A stretch of 64,000 bases of DNA, from positions 3,907 to 67,906 of the forward strand of contig NIVC01003952.1 in NCBI GenBank assembly GCA_002269645.1. The letters are read 5' to 3'. Shown here piece by piece: positions 1 through 13,598 of the stretch. Made by a program: the position numbers and the translations under genes. The notes under the pieces were generated by a model that did no database searches, had not been told where the DNA came from, and was given only the letters and a program-made list of their open reading frames with translations. The stretch comes from Macrostomum lignano. Taxonomy: Eukaryota. The first letter of the stretch is position 1, and each line of letters begins with the position of its first letter.

Positions 1-1424
1 AAGCGCGTATTCACAATAGGCTGAATAGCTAATATATAGATAAAAAAGTTGTCATGGCGTAACACGAGACCTTCAAGAGAGGGGGGGATGCGAGTCACCG
101 AGGCGTGGCCAGGAAGCGCTTCTCCAACCGGAAAAAAGCCCTGGAAAAAAAGCAGAGCTCCCAATACTCAGCCTGGTCGAGTGGGTCGCGCTAGCAAGCG
201 TCAAGACACGCTGCACGCTTTCAAAATCAATTTTTGCTGATCATTTTGTAGTGGGACTTCCGTTTATATCGGGATTGAAGCAGCGATTTTTAGCATAAAT
301 AGCTTTTTTGTAAGGGCCATGTTTATGCAGGCAGTGTATTTTGTTTTTGATTAATTAATTATAGCAGGATACTCGAGGATTTTTTTAAACATTGGAACAG
401 ACAGGCTGCTATGAGAGCAATGTTTTGACTTGTACCAAAAAAGTTACACAGATATGTATAGAAATGCTAACTAAACAAATGATGCACTTCTATGCGGGCT
501 AATTAGCATGCACAATAACAAAATAACTATTGAATAAACAGAATAAAAATAAATATAAAACTTGGGAATATTATAAAACTACACAAAGACTGACGGATCA
601 ACATAAAAAAATGAAATTGAAAGTACACAGACACACAAGAACTAAATTGTAACGCACTAAAACAAACACGCTGTACAGAAAAATCAGGTTTAAGCCAGAT
701 AAACCATCTGGTCAAGGAGCAACCTTCTTTGTCCTTTTATGTTTCTTTAAATCGCAGATCATGAAATAAAATAAGGCAGTTGTTTCAGACTTTCAGTATA
801 GAAAAATTATTAGAAAATCTTAGCACATGAAGACCTGCAGGTGGCTAATATAAACGCAATGCAAAAAATAAACTTGAAACTACAAAGTTTCAAAGTAAAA
901 AGAAATTATACATAAACCCGAGTCCAGTCCAGTGCAAGCAAGTAAGAGACAGGAACAGATTAGCAAGTACACCGTGTCCTTATTCACACAAAATGGATAA
1001 GAACAAGTTTGTGCAATCTGAAATAATTTTAATATTGTTTACTCAAACCGAGATTTTGCCTATATGAATAAATACTAAAACATAACAGTACAGTATAAAA
1101 AATCAATACTATTAGCAGTAGTATTATAAGTAAAATTAACGACAAAAACGATCGATACCAACAATAAAAACTAACGAAATAACTAAATTTAACGAACGAC
1201 GGGCTAAAAAACATAAAAAGTGGTTGAAATTTCTGTTTAGCTAGAAAGCTAGAAACCTGCAGGCAATGCTGGTGCTACTTATACAAATTAAAAGCTTGAA
1301 TACAATATTATTCCCGATCGGGCTAGCCAAGTCTCTGGATATAGGCAGATTTAACAAATTATTAAAAAATACCTAAAGTACGCTTGTCTGCTTTCTAAGA
1401 AATAATGTTCGGATTTCCAGGAAA

Positions 1425-2168
1425 CTATTTAGTATAAACACCGCGTCTGGCCTTCACTGATGACAGAGCAGGCGGGACTCCGAGCAGCGAGGTGTCCTGT
1501 CCGCGGCTCAGCAGCTCCTCGTTCTGCAGGAACAAGTTGAACACCTCTGGGCTCAGCTTGGTTGCCGGGTCGTCAGGACTCGGAGGGATCACAGTCGGCG
1601 GCTGCTGTGCCACCAGATCGTCCAAGTAGGTCACCGCGTACAGAATGTAGCCGCCGTGAGCGCAGGGCACCACGATGACGTCATCCTTGCTGAGCAGGGC
1701 CAGCACCTCTTCGATTGATGAGGCTCTGGGGAGGCTGGCCACGTCCTCCTTGCTGGCAAGAAGCTGCAGGTCCTTCAAGCCGGGCTGGCACCACCTGGCA
1801 GCCGCAGGCTTCTGGCCGTTGGGGGAGGCTGCACCACCAGCTGAGCTGCGAGATGAAGCTGATAAGGCGGACACGCATGATGAGGATGAGGCGCCGGAGG
1901 AGTCTGAGGATGAGGATCCGGTCAGGGAGCAGGGCGATGATCGCTGCGTATCATCTGGTGAGGTCGCGGACTCGTGCCTCAGTTTTTGGTCATCGTTGAG
2001 CACAGTGAGAGCGCTGGAGATGGCGGGGAACAGACCGAGCAGATCCCGATCAGCTGATTCCCAAGTGCTCAGCTCAAAGATTCGCTCGTCAGCGTGTCTG
2101 CCAAGCCGCTTGATGAGATGCGACTCGGCTTTGCTGAACTGCTCGAATGGAGTCACTGCGGCTGGCAT
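1425..2168 (-). CDS. Uncharacterised 247-aa single-coding-exon ORF, copy A (MPAAVTPFEQF...RGVYTK*)
   Basis: GC-rich ORF in AT-rich flanks; near-identical copy at 53658..54383; CCAAT, GC and TATA-like motifs upstream. ATG 2168 is the more likely start than the TTG used in the track. Confidence 0.65.
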   Translation of the reverse strand: MPAAVTPFEQFSKAESHLIKRLGRHADERIFELSTWESADRDLLGLFPAISSALTVLNDDQKLRHESATSPDDTQRSSPCSLTGSSSSDSSGASSSSCVSALSASSRSSAGGAASPNGQKPAAARWCQPGLKDLQLLASKEDVASLPRASSIEEVLALLSKDDVIVVPCAHGGYILYAVTYLDDLVAQQPPTVIPPSPDDPATKLSPEVFNLFLQNEELLSRGQDTSLLGVPPALSSVKARRGVYTK

Positions 2169-2296
2169 CGTGCAGGCAGAGATGCTGAAGTTAGCAGGGC
2201 TTTGGTGAAACTGCAGATCAAACACCGTTGATGCTCTGTGCTTACTGGCAGCCTTTGGTCTTGGTGTAATTTGGAAGCCTTCGCTTGGATCGCAAC

Positions 2297-2401
2297 TTTA
2301 ATAGCCCTGCCCGCGCCCTCTGCCTGGGGGAGAGAGAGCGATTTCGGAACAGCGCGCCTGCCTGCCCTCCAACCCCACCCCCATGGATCCGCCCAGCCAA
2401 T
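2297..2401 (-). promoter_or_regulatory. Putative Pol II promoter of ORF copy A (CCAAT 2397-2401, GC box 2389-2394, TATTAAA 2303-2297)
   Basis: Motif order and spacing are the same as in copy B; TATA-like box ~130 nt before the ATG. Confidence 0.45.
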
Positions 2402-3332
2402 GGGCGCGCGACCTGGCTGGCGGCCCACCCCACAACCCCATTTTACTCCAACAAACCGACAACACCTCGCAAGCGGCCGTCCAAGTTCCAACAGGCGGCG
2501 CCTTGCCTTTCCCCTCAAGGCCTTCTCACCCACCACATCTTGCATAAGAGGACTTGCGCAAGCTGATTTAGCGTAACTAAACCCCCGCCGCGGCCGCAAG
2601 TCGGCCTCCTCCCCTTTCTCTAATGCGCCCCTTGTTGTCTTCTCTCTTATATAGTTTTAGTTTAGTCCCGTCCTTATACATACGCCACGAACACAATACT
2701 ACTATGAAAACTAAACCAAAGGCAGCTGCGCCCACCCCAACCACCCGGCGGCTTGTCACATCATTTTCACTTCGCTCCCTGGGTGGGAGGGTGTCGAGGG
2801 GAGTCGGAGACGAAATAAGGGGGGGGATAAAATGCTGGTCTATGGAGGGAAGGAAGGAATGCCTTAAAATCCCCAGAGGCCATGACAATCGCCTTGGCGG
2901 CTTGTGCAACTCGTGTGCCTTTATGACCCATTAAGCTAAACATTCAGCGCTTCGGCCATGAATATCCTCAGATATTCATTCCCAACCCTTCCCAATTCCC
3001 AATTCCCAATCCCATTCCATTCCCCTGGTTCCACCCCGCCCCTAGCTCTCTCGGTTAGATCAGATCCTCTTACTCCTCTAAGTAATAATAATACTAAATG
3101 CTCGTGTATTCTATAAGGATTTAGTAGATTAACTATTAGTAGTTCGTATGAGATATCTAAGTGAAATATTGTGGGCTTACTACATGTAAATACGTCAGGA
3201 ATGTCAAAGGAGCCACTTGGGAATGTCAGAGCAAACTACTTCGAATGTCAGGGTCAAATTGCTTATCTCACCTTATGGATTTCCAAATCCAAATGAATGA
3301 AGCAAGCATCGTCCGAGGTTCTCAAGTTTATC

Positions 3333-3614
3333 GAGGTTGTAGTTACGCTCGTAGAACGTTGGACTCACGACTTAAACGTCGGGGTTCGATTCCAGATCAC
3401 ACTGGAACAACTTGTGTCCTTGAGCAAGAGCTGTAAAATGGGTGCCAGCATTAGCTGCGGTAATTGAGGGTGTGTTTTGCGATACTCCCCAGACCTTGGA
3501 CTGAACAGCCGTACGCAGCCTTCAGATGCGCCGCGCAATAGCTGCGGCTGAGCTGTCAGTTGCACACCTGGCCCAATTGGGGCAGGTGTAATCAATTATT
3601 ATTATTATTATTAT
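3333..3614 (+). mobile_element. tRNA-derived SINE with a CORE/Meta-like central block and (ATT)n tail
   Basis: GGTTCGATTCC B box after a tRNA-like head; TGTGTCCTTGAGCAAG...GCTGTAAAATGGG resembles the conserved SINE core; 26-bp near-palindrome 3564..3589; (ATT)6 tail. Confidence 0.65.
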
Positions 3615-4326
3615 CAAGAAAAACTATCAATTCTGGAGAAAGTGCATGGCAATTCTCATAACAGATTTGTTTTTTTGCCCAGCGCTTCATGGGGTTTTGC
3701 CATAGACAAATTTGGTCGAGAAAAACCCTTCTATAGAAAAAGCGTCCTTCTAAGTAAGTTGTCCATGGACCCATTGACACCATTTGCAGTGAATAATTAA
3801 CTTTCCTTGATTAACTTATGAGGTTTTGTTTAAAGGCTCAAATAAAGTGTCGTGTCTAGAGATGTGTGCACAGCGCATCATATGTTAGTTATATCATGAT
3901 CGAATAAATATTGATATTATATTAAAGTCGTCATTAAGCAAGTCAAATATCAAGCATCATGGATGCAATTCCCTGCGGGTGGGCCCGACTGATTCGAATG
4001 GACCCAACCAGCAAAAGGCCACGAAAGTTTGAGGCTTAAGCGCGTGAGAAACAAAGAGAATTTGTAAAGTAATTAGCGCGACTGTCACCTTTGCACCACC
4101 TCAAGAAAACCAATAGGTGCGAAAGCTTGAAGCCCAACGAGTGTCAAAGGCTGACTGACTCATTCGGCTTTTGCTATACACGCGACTATTCGTTTTTGAA
4201 AGCTAAAAAATTCTTAAATAATGTTAAGTCGCCTCAAGGCCTATACTCGTATTATACACGTAATTATTATTAATATATTATTAGGCGCTTCAACCTTGAG
4301 GCGGCGAGTCGCAATAGCCAGGAGCT

Positions 4327-4715
4327 GCCGATCTACGATCTAGGGGTTGCCGATCTAGGAGTTGCCGATCTAGGGGTTGCCGATCTAGGGGTTGCCAATC
4401 TAGGGGTTGGCGATCTAGGGGTTGCCGATCTAGGGGTTGCCAATCTAGGGGTTGCCGATCTAGGGGTTGCCAATCTAGGGGTTGCCGATCTAGGGGTTGC
4501 CGATCTAGGGGTTGCCGATCTAGGGGTTGCCAATCTAGGGGTTGCCAATCTAGGGGTTGCCAATCTAGGGGTTGCCGATCTAGGGGTTGCCAATCTAGGG
4601 GTTGCCAATCTAGGGGTTGCCGATCTAGGGGTTGCCGATCTAGGGGTTGCCGATCTAGGGGTTGCCAATCTAGGGGTTGCCAATCTAGGGGTTGCCGATC
4701 GAGAGTTTGCCAATC
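4327..4715. repeat. 15-bp minisatellite GCCGATCTAGGGGTT (~26 copies)
   Basis: Direct reading; source of the ATPRS/ATPRL ORF. Confidence 0.97.
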
Positions 4716-5502
4716 TAATAAGCGGCAATCTAGGTGGGGAAGAAAAAATTTAAGAGGTGATAAATAATTTATTTAGACAGGTGCCACACCAAATCACAGC
4801 TCTGCCAATGCCAAAAGACTTACTGATGGGGCCTGTTAGTTGACCTGGATTTCACTCTATTTAGTAAAATGAAATCCAAGCGATCAGATATTTGTCAGTC
4901 AGTCCCCAGCCCGGATTCGTGCCACAACCACAGGGTAAGGGGAATTCGGGGAAAAAATCCCCTCCAAAGCAAACAAATGCCAATGCAAAGGTGGGAATAG
5001 CTATAGGCCATGGAATAAAGTTTCCTCCTAAAGTCGAAAACCCGTTTTTAAGCGTCTGATGAAGATCAGTGACTCGAACTTCCATAGCCAACGCACGGCC
5101 CATCTTGACAACGAATCCCAAACCTGTCTTTCCATGAGTTTGAGTCACGGTTTTTGTCAAAATAAAATAAATGAGCACAATTCTCAAATCGAACAGTCAG
5201 AAATGATGGATTGATTAACTGACTGATTTGGTTTTCAGTTGAATTGTAGGTATTCGTTAAACGGTCGGTATACCCCATTAGAAATAGATATGTGAAAACT
5301 TGCACGGATAGTGTGCTACAGACTTTGTTTGAACTGGCTAAAAATAAAACAAAGTTGAAATCCTTCAAAGTTGTCGCATCGATTACATCAGTTAAGTGCA
5401 GAGCTTTGATTTCTCTTTAGTCAATAATCATATATACTCGTATTCTCTTTTTAGTTCTGCAATTTCCTTCGAAACACAAGAATCATAAAGTATGATAATC
5501 AG

Positions 5503-7098
5503 AGTGTGAGAATCATAAAATGAGATTCTCATTCGATGCGTGAGACTCATACAGTGAGATTCTCATTCAAAGCAAGAGAATCATAAAATGAGATTCTCAT
5601 TCGATGCGTGAGACTCATACCGTGAGAGTCTCATTCGATGCGTGAGACTCATACCGTGAGAGTCTTATTCAATTCGTGAGACTCATACAGTGAGATTCTT
5701 ATTCAATTCGTGAGAATCATGCAGTGAGATTCTCATTCAAAGCGTGAGAATCATGCAGTGAGATTTTCAATTCAAAGCGTGAGACTCATACCGTGAGATT
5801 CTCAATTCAAAGCGTGAGAATCATGCAGTGAGATTCTCATTCAAGGCGTGAGAATCATAGAGTGAGATTCTCATTCAAAGTGTGAGAATCATGCAGTGAG
5901 GTTCTCTTTCAAAGTGTGAGAATCATGCAGTGAGATTCTCTTTCAAAGTGTGAGAATCATGCAGTGAGATTCCCATTCAAAGTGTGAGAATCATGCAGTG
6001 AGATTCTCATTCAAAGAATCATAGAGTGAGATTCTCATTCAAAGAATCATAGAGTGAGATTCTCATTCAAAGAATCATAGAGTGAGATTCTCATTCAAAG
6101 AATCATAGAGTTAGATTCTCATTCAAAGAATCATAGAGTGAGATTCTCATTCAAAGAATCATAGAGTGAGATTCTCATTCAAAGAATCGTAGAGTGAGCT
6201 TCTCATTCAAAGAATCATAGAGTGAGATTCTCATTCAAAGAATCGTAGAGTGAGATTCTCATTCAAAGAATCATAGAGTGAGATTCTCATTCAAAGAATC
6301 ATAGAGTGAGATTCTCATTCAAAGAATCATAGAGTGAGCTTCTCATTCAAAGAATCGTAGAGTGAGCTTCTCATTCAAAGAATCATAGAGTGAGATTCTC
6401 ATTCAAAGAATCATAGAGTGAGATTCTCATTCAAAGAATCATAGAGTGAGATTCTCATTCAAAGAATCATAGAGTGAGATTCTCATTCAAAGAATCATAG
6501 AGTGCGATTCTCATTCAAAGAATCATAGAGTGCGATTCTCATTCAAAGAATCAGAGTGAGATTCTCATTCAAAGAATCATAGAGTGAGATTCTCATTCAA
6601 AGAATCATAGAGTGAGATTCTCATTCAAAGAATCATAGAGTGAGATTCTCATTCAAAGAATCATAGAGTGAGATTCTCATTCAAAGAATCATAGAGTGAG
6701 ATTCTCATTCAAAGAATCATAGAGTGAGATTCTCATTCAAAGAATCATAGAGTGAGATTCTCATTCAAAGAATCATATACAGTGAGATTCTCATTCAAAG
6801 AATCATAGAGTGAGATTCTCATTCAAAGAATCATAGAGTGAGATTCTCATTCAAAGAATCATAGAGTGAGATTCTCATTCAAAGAATCATAGAGTGAGAT
6901 TCTCATTCAAAGAATCATAGAGTGAGATTCTCATTCAAAGAATCATATACAGTGAGATTCTCATTCAAAGAATCATATACAGTGAGATTCTCATTCAAAG
7001 AATCATAGAGTGAGATTCTCATTCAAAGAATCATAGAGTGAGATTCTCATTCAAAGAATCATAGAGTGAGATTCTCATTCAAAGCGTGAGAATCATAC
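5503..7098. repeat. Satellite with a 34-bp unit at its 5' side and a 28-bp unit AGAATCATAGAGTGAGATTCTCATTCAA in the core
   Basis: Periods measured at 5711/5745 (34) and 6001/6029 (28). Confidence 0.97.
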
Positions 7099-7656
7099 AT
7101 GGCGAGATCATTTTTCAGGCAGGACTTTATAGCCTATAGGTTGAGTCTTGTCTGTCTGATTCTGCTAATTACTGACTGACTGACAAGCATTTAACAACAC
7201 ATCCACCTGCGTAACGATCTCATTGCTGAATGTTCATGGAAAACTTGCCTATTTTCGTATAGAGCCGCAATGCAAAGAATATCTATAATAATTGATTTTA
7301 GTCAGCGAGACCGCCGCCCACCTTTAATCTCTCATCATCTGAGTGTCGGACTGGTTTTCCTGTTCCAGGCTTCAGTGTTTCTCACAGTCCCTCATACCAA
7401 AAGTCTTTTATGCAGAACTTCTGCAGAGCTGGAATCCATTAGCATTCAAGAGTTTAAAATTAATTTCTTAATTACTTTTGGCCTCGTGCCAGGCGTGCAT
7501 TTCAAGTGCAATGAAAGTAGAAATTTCTGGCGCTCGGCTTGTGCACGGTTTCAATAAAAGTACAAAACAAATAATTCGGAGTACTTTTGATGCCAACTGT
7601 GTATTTGAATAGTAGCAGAATGTGATACTTGAGTAGCTTTCATTTTCTCATTTTTC

Positions 7657-8103
7657 GGATTTCTCATTTTGTGGAGCCGATTTCTCATTTAGTGGAGCCG
7701 ATTTCTCATTTAGTGGAGCCGATTTCTCATTCAGTGGAGCCTATTTCTCATTTAGTGGAGCCGATTTCTCATTTAGTGGAGCCGATTTCTCATTTAGTGG
7801 AGCCGATTTCTCATTTAGTGGAGCCGATTTCTCATTTAGTGGAGCCGATTTCTCATTTAGTGGAGCCGATTTCTCATTTAGTGGAGCCGATTTCTCATTT
7901 AGTGGCGCCTATTTCTCATTTAGTGGAGCCGATTTCTCATTTAGTGGCGCCTATTTCTCATTTTGTGGCGCCGATTTCTCATTTTGTGGCGCCGATTTCT
8001 CATTTTGTGGCGCCGATTTCTCAGTTTGTGGCGCCGATTTCTCAGTTTGTGGCACCGATTTCTCATCCTGCGGCGTCGATTTCTCAGTTTGTGGCGCCGA
8101 TTG
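7657..8103. repeat. 21-bp minisatellite ATTTCTCATTTAGTGGAGCCG (~21 copies)
   Basis: Direct reading; VEPISHL ORF. Confidence 0.97.
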
Positions 8104-8771
8104 CTTGACTAGCTTCGAATTTCAGCATTCTCCTTTGACATCAAGGTGCTAATAAGGTTAAGGTCAATAAGCTTAGCAATGAGCTCAGTACCGTCCCCAT
8201 TGACGTAGGCGCAGCATCATTAAAAATTTGTTTTAAAATAAAATTTCGCGTCACAGGCCCACACGCGCTTCTGACAGCTGACTCGCGCATTGCATCACTC
8301 GCGCATTGCCCACCGAGCCCAAGCTTAAAGCAGATTAATAATAAACTCGCGTCCATAAACACGGGCAGGCCACTTGGTCGCTCCTTGTTGGTTCTTTTTA
8401 TATTCGAGAAACTTTTTTTGCTTTGTTTCGTCTGACGTGTGACATGCAGCCCATGCGCCCCTGGCCTCCCATGAACCCCATTGCGTCACAGCTCTACGCA
8501 ACTGTCTGGGCCTGTCTGTCTGCCTGTCCGCAAACGAAGACAATTTATTGCGATAGCAGGCTGGAGAAGAAAAACTGATACACGAACTGTTTGCAGCTCG
8601 GGGTGGGCAGGTTTTTTACTTTCGATTGACTATTGAAACATATATAGGTGTAGGTTTGGGTGAAACTTTAAGCTGCCTATACCCTATTTGTTCATGACGG
8701 GCTCAGAAAACCCCGCAGTGACGGTGATTGATTTATTGCCCCAATTCATTGCTTATCTACCTGACGTGCCT

Positions 8772-9795
<1,024 letters not shown>

Positions 9796-10714
9796 ATATT
9801 TCTATCATCTCTTGATTCTAGCACTACCGAGAGTAGTATTATTAGCATCTTTGAACTATTTCCTGTCGTATCTAACAAAAGTTTGTTAGCCATTTAACTT
9901 ACCCAGCAAAAGCTACAGATGATTTCCCAGCGGGATTGAGAAGCTCCGAAATTTCTCGCACACAGTTAGAATAGAATCTGTTAGACATTTATCATTTCCC
10001 AGTGATTAAGATTTTGAATGAAGGAAGTTCCGTTGAGGCTGCGGCAGTGGATACTCGTATAAACTTTCGAAGTGCAGCCTCATCCAAGTACAGTCATGGT
10101 CGATACTTGTGGGCAAAAATCAGAAGCAGCCCGTATATAGTACAAGCTGTACATGAATTCTCGGATATCAGACCAGGCAGGAAGAAGGAAGGAAAGCAAA
10201 ATTTTACATGTTGGGGGAAAAATATCCCAATCTGTTGCTACACGCTCCGATTACTTTGGTACAGACAAACATCCGCTCACGGATCGATTCGGTTGAGAGA
10301 GAAGCAAACTGCATGAAAAAAAGATGGAAAATTTTGCATCTCGATTTCCGATATATGAGGCACATGGGCTGCCACTCTACATGCACATGATATGCATTAA
10401 GCCCTTCTCGAGAGGCTTATCAATCTAAGCGTGACTGTCGGTTGAGTCTATTCATTTTTTATAGAAAATCTCTTGGGGCTTAAGTTTAAATCGCTAGATT
10501 TCTTCGACTGTAAATCTGTATGCAAAGATTAGAACCTATAAGTAGTATGAAGCGCGGCGCGTTATCTTAGGAATGTCTTCTATGAAATTACTTTTAATTT
10601 TTAGAGTTTGGGCTTTCCTTTAGATAAAAATGGAAATTCTTCTGTTAGTTTAGAGAAATTTGTTACATTTATATTATTTAGCGGCACATTTCAATTCAAC
10701 AAAAGATACTTCTC

Positions 10715-10885
10715 TCATATTTCCTCTTTCCGCTCTCCCCTCCTCTCTCCTTTCGTCTCTCCCCTCTCGTCTCTTTCCTCCCTTCTCCCCTCTCTCTCTC
10801 TCCTCCCCTCCCTCCTCTCTCTCGTCTCCCTCTCTCCACTCTCCTCTCTCCCCTCACCTCTCTCCTCTCTTCTCACGCCTCTCCC
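10715..10885. repeat. CT-rich low-complexity tract
   Basis: Direct reading. Confidence 0.85.
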
Positions 10886-11458
10886 ATTCGACCTTTCTAG
10901 GATGTCCATCCCCACCGAGTGAGCAGTTGCTCGCAGCCCAGCCAGTCGCACGGAGGACTCAGCAACAGCAGCGCATAAGTGAGAGGAGCAATCAAACCCT
11001 TCCTGGAGGCGCTCCGAGGCAATTGCTGAGCTAATTCTGGCTCTCTCTCTGAGCAGCCCCAGAGCTTCATTGCGCCAGCACGAGTAGCCCATATAGTCAA
11101 TAACTGACAGGGCTTGGATAGCTCATGGGACTGAGGGTTGGAGAGGGGAGGCCACAGTCGGATATTATTACAAACTGCCTAGCATAAACAGACAGCCCTC
11201 TAGGACTTCTGAGTCCCAGTTCTTTCCAATCCCCCAGCAACTTCCCCTAAACCCATCGAGAAGGGAGTTAATCAATTTCCACCCTCTTGTTGTTGCGAGA
11301 GGCGTGAGGACGGAGCGACTCAACTTGAGGGGAAAAATGTGCTCAAGCGCGCGCTGCATCGGGCGAAAGAGATGCAAGTGGCTAGAGTAGGGAACGCTGC
11401 ATCATCATAGCTTGAAAATTGTAAGTTGTCCAGCTCGACCCTCTGCTCAGTGAGTAGA

Positions 11459-11805
11459 TGCTTCCGGTCATGCAGAGGGGATAATTAATATCTGCTTCCG
11501 GTCATGCAGAGGGGATAATTAATATCTGCTTCCGGTCATGCAGAGGGGATAATTAATATCTGCTTCCGGTCATGCAGAGGGGATAATTAATATCTGCTTC
11601 CGGTCATGCAGAGGGGATAATTAATATCTGCTTCCGGTCATGCAGAGGGGATAATTAATATCTGCTTCCGGTCATGCAGTGGGGTAATTAATATCTGCTT
11701 CCGGTCATGCAGTGGGGTAGTTAATATCTGCTTCCGGTCATGCAGAGGGGATAATTAATATCTGCTTCCGGTCATGCAGTGGGGTGGTCAGTATCTGCTT
11801 CCGTT
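11459..11805. repeat. 34-bp minisatellite ATCTGCTTCCGGTCATGCAGAGGGGATAATTAAT (~10 copies)
   Basis: Period 34 (11461/11495). Confidence 0.96.
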
Positions 11806-12361
11806 CATGCAGTGGGATGAAATAGCTGCTGTAAGAGATGTTCACTATTCGAATTTCAGTTATATATGTGAGCCTCTGCCTCGAGTTCATTAGAGTATAG
11901 AATTTCCTGTAGAAACGTGACTCAAAAATCGCAAAAGTCCGATGTGACCCCATTGCCCCGTGAAGCTCTGCTCAGCTTGCAACTTTTCCGTCTTTCTGAC
12001 AATTCAACTCATGGCGAGGTGGCCATCAAAGCGGATGAAATGACAACGCGGCGCGCATGACACTTCAGCGGATTAGCAGGATGTAGCCCAAGGATTATAT
12101 ATTTCCGATAATTACCCTATCGCGAATTAGCTAATTGATGGGCGAAAGTAAGACTGGCTTCAAGACTGTGACGCACGGAGGAAAGGTCAACCAGTGAAAT
12201 GGCAAATATAATTAATTATTCATTAATTAGTAGATTTGTCTTGCTTTGGACATTTGCTAGAAGTTATTAATTATTACAGCTATTGGTTATATAGAGGTGT
12301 GTCTGAATATTGAGATCTAGGATGGCTGTTTGATGATTAGAGTTGCTGTGTGAATATTCCG

Positions 12362-13598
12362 GTGTGAATGCATTGCAAGAAATGAGTGAATAAGGAACGG
12401 GAACTGTGTGACTGCATTGCGAGAAATAAGTGAATAAGGAAGGGGAACTGTGTGACTGCATTGCGAGAAATGAGTGAATAAGGAACGGGAACTGTGTGAC
12501 TGCATTGCAAGAAATGAGTGAATAAGGAAGGGGAACTGTGTGACTGCATTGCGAGAAATGAGTGAATAAGGAAGGGGAACTGTGTGACTGCATTGCAAGA
12601 AATGAGTGAATAAGGAACGGGAACTGTGTGAATGCATTGCGAGAAATGAGTGAATAAGGAACGGGAACTGTGTGACTGCATTGCGAGAAATGAGTGAATA
12701 AGGAACGGGAACTGTGTGACTGCATTGCGAGAAATGAGTGAATAAGGAAGGGGAACTGTGTGAATGCATTGCGAGAAATGAGTGAATAAGGAACGGGAAC
12801 TGTGTGACTGCATTGCGAGAAATGAGTGAATAAGGAACGGGAACTGTGTGACTGCATTGCAAGAAATGAGTGAATAAGGAAGGGGAACTGTGTGACTGCA
12901 TTGCGAGAAATGAGTGAATAAGGAAGGGGAACTGTGTGACTGCATTGCAAGAAATGAGTGAATAAGGAAGGGGAACTGTGTGACTGCATTGCGAGAAATG
13001 AGTGAATAAGGAAAGGGAACTGTGTGACTGCATTGCAAGAAATGAGTGAATAAGGAACGGGAACTGTGTGAATGCATTGCGAGAAATGAGTGAATAAGGA
13101 ACGGGAACTGTGTGACTGCATTGCGAGAAATGAGTGAATAAGGAACGGGAACTGTGTGAATGCATTGCGAGAAATGAGTGAATAAGGAAGGGGAACTGTG
13201 TGAATGCATTGCGAGAAATGAGTGAATAAGGAACGGGAACTGTGTGACTGCATTGCGAGAAATGAGTGAATAAGGAACGGGAACTGTGTGACTGCATTGC
13301 AAGAAATGAGTGAATAAGGAAGGGGAACTGTGTGACTGCATTGCGAGAAATGAGTGAATAAGGAAGGGGAACTGTGTGACTGCATTGCAAGAAATGAGTG
13401 AATAAGGAACGGGAACTGTGTGAATGCATTGCGAGAAATGAGTGAATAAGGAAGGGGAACTGTGTGAATGCCTTGCGAGAAATGAGTGAATAAGGAAGGG
13501 GAACTGTGTGACTGCATTGCGAGAAATGAGTGAATAAGGAAGGGGAACTGTGTGACTGCATTGCGAGAAATGAGTGAATAAGGAAGGGGAACTGTGTA
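12362..13598. repeat. 44-bp minisatellite GAACTGTGTGACTGCATTGCGAGAAATGAGTGAATAAGGAACGG (~28 copies)
   Basis: Period 44; open in all three minus frames, giving the 414-425 aa artefact ORFs. Confidence 0.97.

Noticed and set aside
1675-2208. Antisense ORF (177 aa; 208 aa at 53525..54151) overlapping the orphan ORF
   Set aside because: Its stop is not shared between the copies, no promoter motifs lie on that side, and its acidic patch just mirrors the Ser codons. It is probably a shadow ORF, though not strictly excluded.
4327-4715. Telomere-like reading of the CTAGGGGTT-containing repeat
   Set aside because: The unit is 15 bp, not TTAGGG, and it is interstitial with ordinary flanks.
4861-5368. 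Two overlapping ~100-aa minus-strand ORFs
   Set aside because: AT-rich, non-ATG starts, no recognisable domain or splice structure.
10002-10390. Short ORFs with VEREANCMKKRWKIL, faintly like the Harbinger-transposase ERAFGxLKxRWxIL motif
   Set aside because: Only a partial motif, no other catalytic motifs, no TIRs and many stops; too weak to call.
10897-11100. GC-rich minus-strand segment that could be an exon
   Set aside because: No recognisable homology, no clear acceptor and no partner exons.
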